Shown here in pieces: positions 58,164-64,000 of a DNA stretch of 64,000 nucleotides; within the stretch, counting starts at the first letter, position 1, and each line of letters opens with the position of its first letter. Under the pieces are notes generated by a model, which made no database searches, had not been told where the DNA came from, and saw only the letters and a program-made list of their open reading frames with translations. A program made the translations under genes and the position numbers. This DNA is from Planctomycetota bacterium (GTDB lineage: Bacteria > Planctomycetota > Phycisphaerae > FEN-1346), in NCBI GenBank assembly GCA_030602705.1, contig JAUVZF010000008.1, positions 436-64,435 on the forward strand, written 5' to 3'.

Positions 58164-58396
58164 GACTCCCCGAGGTGAACTCAGGCGCTTCCGCTCGATG
58201 GATAGGCCAGCCTGGCGCCTGTCCTTTCGTCCTATTCGCCATTCATCATTGCCCCCCCGAACTCCAGTCAATCCGGGAATTTCCGACTTGGGGGTTTGAC
58301 ACGGTTGTACCGAATGACTATGAATGAACGTGTGCTGCGGCACCTGGATTTGCGATGACGAGCAGAACCATGTCATGTTCTCCTGACCGTGCGAAG

Positions 58397-60454
58397 ATGA
58401 GCCACCCAAGTCCGTCCCGCGTCGCATTGATCGCGGTGGTCCTCGTCGGCGGCGCGGCGGCAGCCCGCGCCGCGGAAATTCAGTCGCGTCCGGAAGGCGT
58501 CGAGGAAATCGTCTTCGCTGTCCGCGCCTTTGGGACCGACGGACACTACTACGCCAACTTCGGCTACTTCGACAACAATCCGCAGAGGTGGGCCTATGGG
58601 CCGGGAGGCGGACAGCTCTGCAAACTCGACCTTCGCACCGGCAAGGTCAGCGTCCTGCTCGACGACCCGCAAGGCGGCGTTCGCGACCCTTGCGTGCATT
58701 ATGATGGCCGCAAGATTCTCTTCTCCTATCGAAAGGGCGGACAGAATCACTATCATCTTTACGAAATCGACGCCGACGGCACGAAACTGCGGCAACTGAC
58801 CGACGGACCTTACGACGACATCGAGCCGATCTATCGGCCCGACGATCACATCGTTTTTTGCTCGTCGCGCTGCAACCGCTTTGTTGCTTGTTGGTACACT
58901 CAGGTGGCCATCCTCTATCGCTGCGACGGCGACGGACGAAACATCCGCCCGTTGTCGAGCAGCATCGTCCACGACAACACGCCCTGGATGCTGCCCGACG
59001 GCCGCATTCTCTACACGCGCTGGGAATACGTCGATCGCAGCCGCGTGCGCTACCATCACCTTTGGACCATCGGCCCCGACGGTACGGGCCAGATGGTCTA
59101 TTTCGGAAACATGCATGGTGGCACCGTGATGATCGACGCCAAGCCGATTCCCGGCACGAACAAGGTCGCCTGCATCTTTTCTCCCGGCCACGGGCGCAAA
59201 GAGCATTCCGGCCGGATGACGATCGTCGATCCCAGCGAGGGCCCCGACAGCCAAGCCCGCGTGCAGCGACTTGGGACCGGCAGCGACTATCGTGACCCGT
59301 ATCCGCTCAGCGAGGACTCGTTTCTGCTCGCCGAAGGCAACCGTATTCTCTGGATGAACGGCCGGGGCGAAACGCACGTTCTGCATGCGTTTGATGGCGG
59401 CAAGACGATGCGCGTCCACGAGCCGCGCCCCTTGCGCCCCCGCGATCGCGAGCCGTTACTTCCCTCGACCGTCGACCTTAGCCGAGCCATCGGCCAACTG
59501 GTCCTGGCCGACGTCCGCCATGGCCGCCGGATGCAAGGCGTGGCAGCGGGCGAAATCAAACGGCTCCTGGTGCTGGAGCAACTGCCCAAGCCGGTGAATC
59601 TCAACGGCACCATCAGTCACAACACGAGCATCGGCGGCACGTTCACCCTCAAGCGCATCCTCGGCACGGTGCCCGTGGAGGCCGACGGCTCGGCGAACTT
59701 CGAAGTGCCGGCGCTGCGGAACATTTTCTTCGTCGCCCTCGACGAGAACGACCTAGCCGTCAAGCGTATGCAGAGCTTTGTGACTGTGCAGCCGGGTGAG
59801 ATGTTCTCGTGCGCCGGCTGCCACGAACATCGCACCGATGCGCCGCATTCGCGTGCCTCGCCGACGCTGGCCGCGCTCCGCCGGCCGCCCAGTCACATCG
59901 AGCCGATCGCCGACGTGCCAGACGTGATCGATTTTCCCCGCGACGTGCAGCCGATTCTCGATCGCCATTGCGTTTCCTGCCATGGCGGTGAACGGCTCGA
60001 CGGCAAGATCGACCTGAGTTCCGCGCCCAGCGGCCACCGCGTCTTCTCGCGCAGCTACCACACCCTGATGACGGTCAAGGGGCTGGTTTCGCACGGGAAC
60101 GACGCCGACGGCAATCGCCCGCCGCGAAGCATCGGCAGCGCCGCGAGCCGCCTCATGGCGACGCTTGTGCCCTCGCATTTCGACGTGAAGCTTTCCGAAC
60201 GCGATCGCCGACTGGTGCGGCTGTGGATCGAGACCGGAGCGGCCTATCCGGGCACCTGCGCGGCGATGGAAGTCAAAGCCGCGGCCTATCATCTGACCGG
60301 CTTCCGCCCTAATGAGCATTACGTTCGCGAGATGAAGCGCTTCGGTATCCTGCCGGCCGAGTTCGATTCGACGCGGGATCCCATCGACGTGTACGCCACC
60401 GATCAGGCCTATTGGCAATCTTTTTGGCACTGGCCGAGAGAACAAAAGCCATGA
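58397..60454 (+). CDS. HzsA-related beta-propeller protein with two c-type heme motifs
   Basis: DGHYYANFGY, LRQLTDGPYDDIEP, YTRWEY, ILGTVPVEADGSA, CAGCH, CVSCH. Confidence 0.85.
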   Translation: MSHPSPSRVALIAVVLVGGAAAARAAEIQSRPEGVEEIVFAVRAFGTDGHYYANFGYFDNNPQRWAYGPGGGQLCKLDLRTGKVSVLLDDPQGGVRDPCVHYDGRKILFSYRKGGQNHYHLYEIDADGTKLRQLTDGPYDDIEPIYRPDDHIVFCSSRCNRFVACWYTQVAILYRCDGDGRNIRPLSSSIVHDNTPWMLPDGRILYTRWEYVDRSRVRYHHLWTIGPDGTGQMVYFGNMHGGTVMIDAKPIPGTNKVACIFSPGHGRKEHSGRMTIVDPSEGPDSQARVQRLGTGSDYRDPYPLSEDSFLLAEGNRILWMNGRGETHVLHAFDGGKTMRVHEPRPLRPRDREPLLPSTVDLSRAIGQLVLADVRHGRRMQGVAAGEIKRLLVLEQLPKPVNLNGTISHNTSIGGTFTLKRILGTVPVEADGSANFEVPALRNIFFVALDENDLAVKRMQSFVTVQPGEMFSCAGCHEHRTDAPHSRASPTLAALRRPPSHIEPIADVPDVIDFPRDVQPILDRHCVSCHGGERLDGKIDLSSAPSGHRVFSRSYHTLMTVKGLVSHGNDADGNRPPRSIGSAASRLMATLVPSHFDVKLSERDRRLVRLWIETGAAYPGTCAAMEVKAAAYHLTGFRPNEHYVREMKRFGILPAEFDSTRDPIDVYATDQAYWQSFWHWPREQKP

Positions 60455-60580
60455 ATCCGTCGGCACATAACCACACAACACCCGAGGCCTGCAGCCGAGG
60501 CTGGGGTTCTGGTGTCCTGAGTTCAAGGCGTGGTGTAAGCGGAAAGGCATCCGTCCACGGGTCGGGGTATGTGTTTAGCA

Positions 60581-60663
60581 GGGTGGCACGGCCACGCGCA
60601 GCGTGACCGTGTGCTCCTCGGTGCGGCGTGACACACGGCCTCCGTACGGATGCCGTGCCACCC
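60581..60663. repeat. Family F inverted doublet
   Basis: GGGTGGCACGGC...GCCGTGCCACCC ends as at 16194-16272; lies between convergent genes. Confidence 0.75.
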
Positions 60664-60709
60664 GCCTATCAGGGGCGAGGCGCAGTTGACAAAGTAGCGC
60701 TTGCCGGCC

Positions 60710-62518
60710 TCACCCCTTCGCCTTTTCGAGACGGGCCGACCACTTCTCGGCCTCGGCCGCCCGCCCGGCCGCCGTCAGGGCCGCCGCATACTTACTGACG
60801 ACGTGTTTGTAGGTGGGGTTGGTCAGTTTGAACCGCTCGTTGAAGGCCGACTGAAACTCGGGCACCTTCTCGGCCACCATGTTCATGTACTTGAGCATGA
60901 GGTCGGTCTTGCCGTCTTCCTTCAGCAGTCGGATGGCCCGGTCGTAGAGGCGGACGAAACCGAAATGCTCGGTGGCGTACTGCTCGGAGGCCATGACGTA
61001 GAGTTTCACGGCCTGTTCCCTTCGTCCGTTGGCCTCGAGATACCGGCCCTGGAGGTATCGGAGGTTAACGGCCAGATCGGGCCGCTGTGACCGGGCGTAC
61101 AGGCCGTGGGCGCCGTCCAGGATTCGCAGGTTGGCGGTGATCTCCCTTTCGGTCGGCTTCTTGTCCGGGCTGAAGCGTGGTTCCAGGATCATCGCCAGCA
61201 CGCGGAACGTCAGGTCCGGGTACGCCGCGAAGGATTTCATCATCTTGGCGTACATGGCCTCGCCCCGCTTGGCGGGGATGACGCCCTTGGCGCAGTCGGC
61301 CGCCATCATGCGCCACGAGACACTGCAATACGGGTTCTGCCGGATGGCTCCGTCCAGCAGGCCCGTCGCCTTGGCCCGCTTCTGGTCGTCGAGCATGGCG
61401 TAGGTGCGGCAGGCGGCGATGGCGTTGAGGTACCCGGGATAGGACCGGAGCATGGCGGCCACGTCGAGTTGCACGTCGCGGTCCAGGACGTACTTGCGCG
61501 TCACCGGATCGAACACGGTACCCGTGTAGTACTTGTCGTAGTCGAAGCGTCCCGTGAACAGCAGGTCGGCCGTCTTCCCCTGTCGTCCGACCCAGGCCAC
61601 CCAGGCGTGCCCGCCGCGCGCCCCGGAGCCGCAGTCGTACAGACTCGGCACGCCGAGCGACTTGAAGACACGACTGGCGTAGTAGCTTCGATGGGCACAC
61701 ACGCCGCCGCACGACAGAATGTTCGCAAGCGTTCGAGGCTTATCCCCCAGTTTCCCCTTCTTCTCCTTTCCGACGGCCGAATTGTCGTACGGCACGTCGT
61801 AGTACAGGCTGCCGTACGTCATAGGCGGCCTCGCGCCGTACCGGGCCACGGCCCACTTGCGTTCGGCGAGCGGCAGGTCGTTGTCGGCCACGAAGATGAG
61901 CACCGGCCAGGGCGTCGTCTTCAACGACATCTTCATCGTCTTCTCGTTCTTCAGATAGTACTCGAACGACTCCATCATGGAGGGGACCTCGCGGCCCTTC
62001 TCGACGTAGTTAAGCCGGCCCTCACGGATCGACTTCGTTCCCGCATAGCCGTACACGATGGCAAACGCCATGGCCAGGTGAGGATAGTTCCGGAGCCTGT
62101 CGCCGAACTTTTCGCGCAGCGCGCCCAGGCGGCCGAGCACGGCCAGGTCCCTCTCGTTCTCGGGGTGAAGGCCCACCAGGACGGCCTCACGGAGGTCCTG
62201 GTTCGCGAGGATCCAGTCCCACAGGTCCTTCGAGATGGCCTTCGGCACGTACCGCTCGCGGACGCGGGCGACGGCGTAATCGCGGAACAGTTTCAGCAGG
62301 GCGCCAGTCAGTTTGCCCTCGGCTGCGGCGGCCAGCAATTCGGCCTTCAGGTCTGCCGCCGCCTTCACGACGACCGGCGCCGCCGGCTCCGTTGCGCCCG
62401 CTCCGCTCTTCGGCGCCACGCGGCTGGGACCGAGAGCGACCGCCCCATCCAGGCTGCCGGCGAGCACCGCCGCAACGAGGATCATTCCAACGAACGTTCT
62501 AAAGAGATGGCTCATCAT
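60710..62518 (-). CDS. Secreted protein with a transglutaminase-like Cys/His motif and a helical C-terminus
   Basis: Signal peptide; GGVCAHRSYYA..KSLGVPS..GHAWV. Confidence 0.68.
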   Translation of the reverse strand: MMSHLFRTFVGMILVAAVLAGSLDGAVALGPSRVAPKSGAGATEPAAPVVVKAAADLKAELLAAAAEGKLTGALLKLFRDYAVARVRERYVPKAISKDLWDWILANQDLREAVLVGLHPENERDLAVLGRLGALREKFGDRLRNYPHLAMAFAIVYGYAGTKSIREGRLNYVEKGREVPSMMESFEYYLKNEKTMKMSLKTTPWPVLIFVADNDLPLAERKWAVARYGARPPMTYGSLYYDVPYDNSAVGKEKKGKLGDKPRTLANILSCGGVCAHRSYYASRVFKSLGVPSLYDCGSGARGGHAWVAWVGRQGKTADLLFTGRFDYDKYYTGTVFDPVTRKYVLDRDVQLDVAAMLRSYPGYLNAIAACRTYAMLDDQKRAKATGLLDGAIRQNPYCSVSWRMMAADCAKGVIPAKRGEAMYAKMMKSFAAYPDLTFRVLAMILEPRFSPDKKPTEREITANLRILDGAHGLYARSQRPDLAVNLRYLQGRYLEANGRREQAVKLYVMASEQYATEHFGFVRLYDRAIRLLKEDGKTDLMLKYMNMVAEKVPEFQSAFNERFKLTNPTYKHVVSKYAAALTAAGRAAEAEKWSARLEKAKG

Positions 62519-62659
62519 CGTCGGTTCCCCTGTTCCCGGCCTGTTATACGACCGTACTGTAAGAAACGCCGGCGCCGTCGGTGTTTCCCGTCCGGCCCTT
62601 CGCTCCAATCGTACCCCGGCCCCCGGCACCGGTCAATGGGCACCTGTCGTTCGGCCGGA

Positions 62660-62688
62660 TTGACGACGCCCCGTTGTGCCGATATACT
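62660..62688 (+). promoter_or_regulatory. Sigma70-type promoter of secA
   Basis: TTGACG-N17-TATACT. Confidence 0.55.
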
Positions 62689-62812
62689 CTGGGAGCGCCC
62701 GCACAGCGAGGAGGAGTGTCGGGGAAGGAACCGGCTGGTTGGCGCCGGAGGGGATGGTGCGTGCCGTGCTTTCGCGTGTCCGGTCCCTGTTCCCTAATCC
62801 CTGTCGATTACC

Positions 62813-64000
<1,188 letters not shown>

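Noticed and set aside
58397-60454. Anammox hydrazine synthase
   Set aside because: No hzsB/hzsC context; HzsA-like paralogs are common in non-anammox planctomycetes.

Overview
GC-rich chromosomal window from a Planctomycetota bacterium, probably Phycisphaerae. This is inferred from the PVC signature small basic protein, HzsA-like, DUF6807 and TIGR03790 genes, and a PEP-CTERM protein. The backbone is housekeeping: pyrB-pyrC, mnmA, nfo, dapB, thrC, ispF-cysS, ruvCAB, valS, cimA, tRNA-Gln(CTG) and a partial secA. Notable non-housekeeping content: (1) a Y1/HUH (RAYT-like) transposase bracketed by ~87-bp doublets of the palindrome AAAAGGTTCCWGGAACCTTTT, with dispersed copies, one of which truncates a peptidase gene; (2) about ten different short palindromic repeat families, several inserted in frame in otherwise intact genes (GT9, nfo, fabF, radical SAM), plus a 25-nt element that sits in the loops of other hairpins; (3) a 2.3-kb islet flanked by a 73-bp duplication of a permease 3' end, carrying an IS66-like relic and a caspase-like PEP-CTERM protein; (4) an Ile/Val leader-peptide attenuator upstream of cimA; (5) a FabZ-long ACP-FabZ-inactive KS-FabF cluster; (6) a rearranged ADP-ribosylglycohydrolase/FGE/HzsA-like region. 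All family assignments come from motif recognition by eye, not from database searches.
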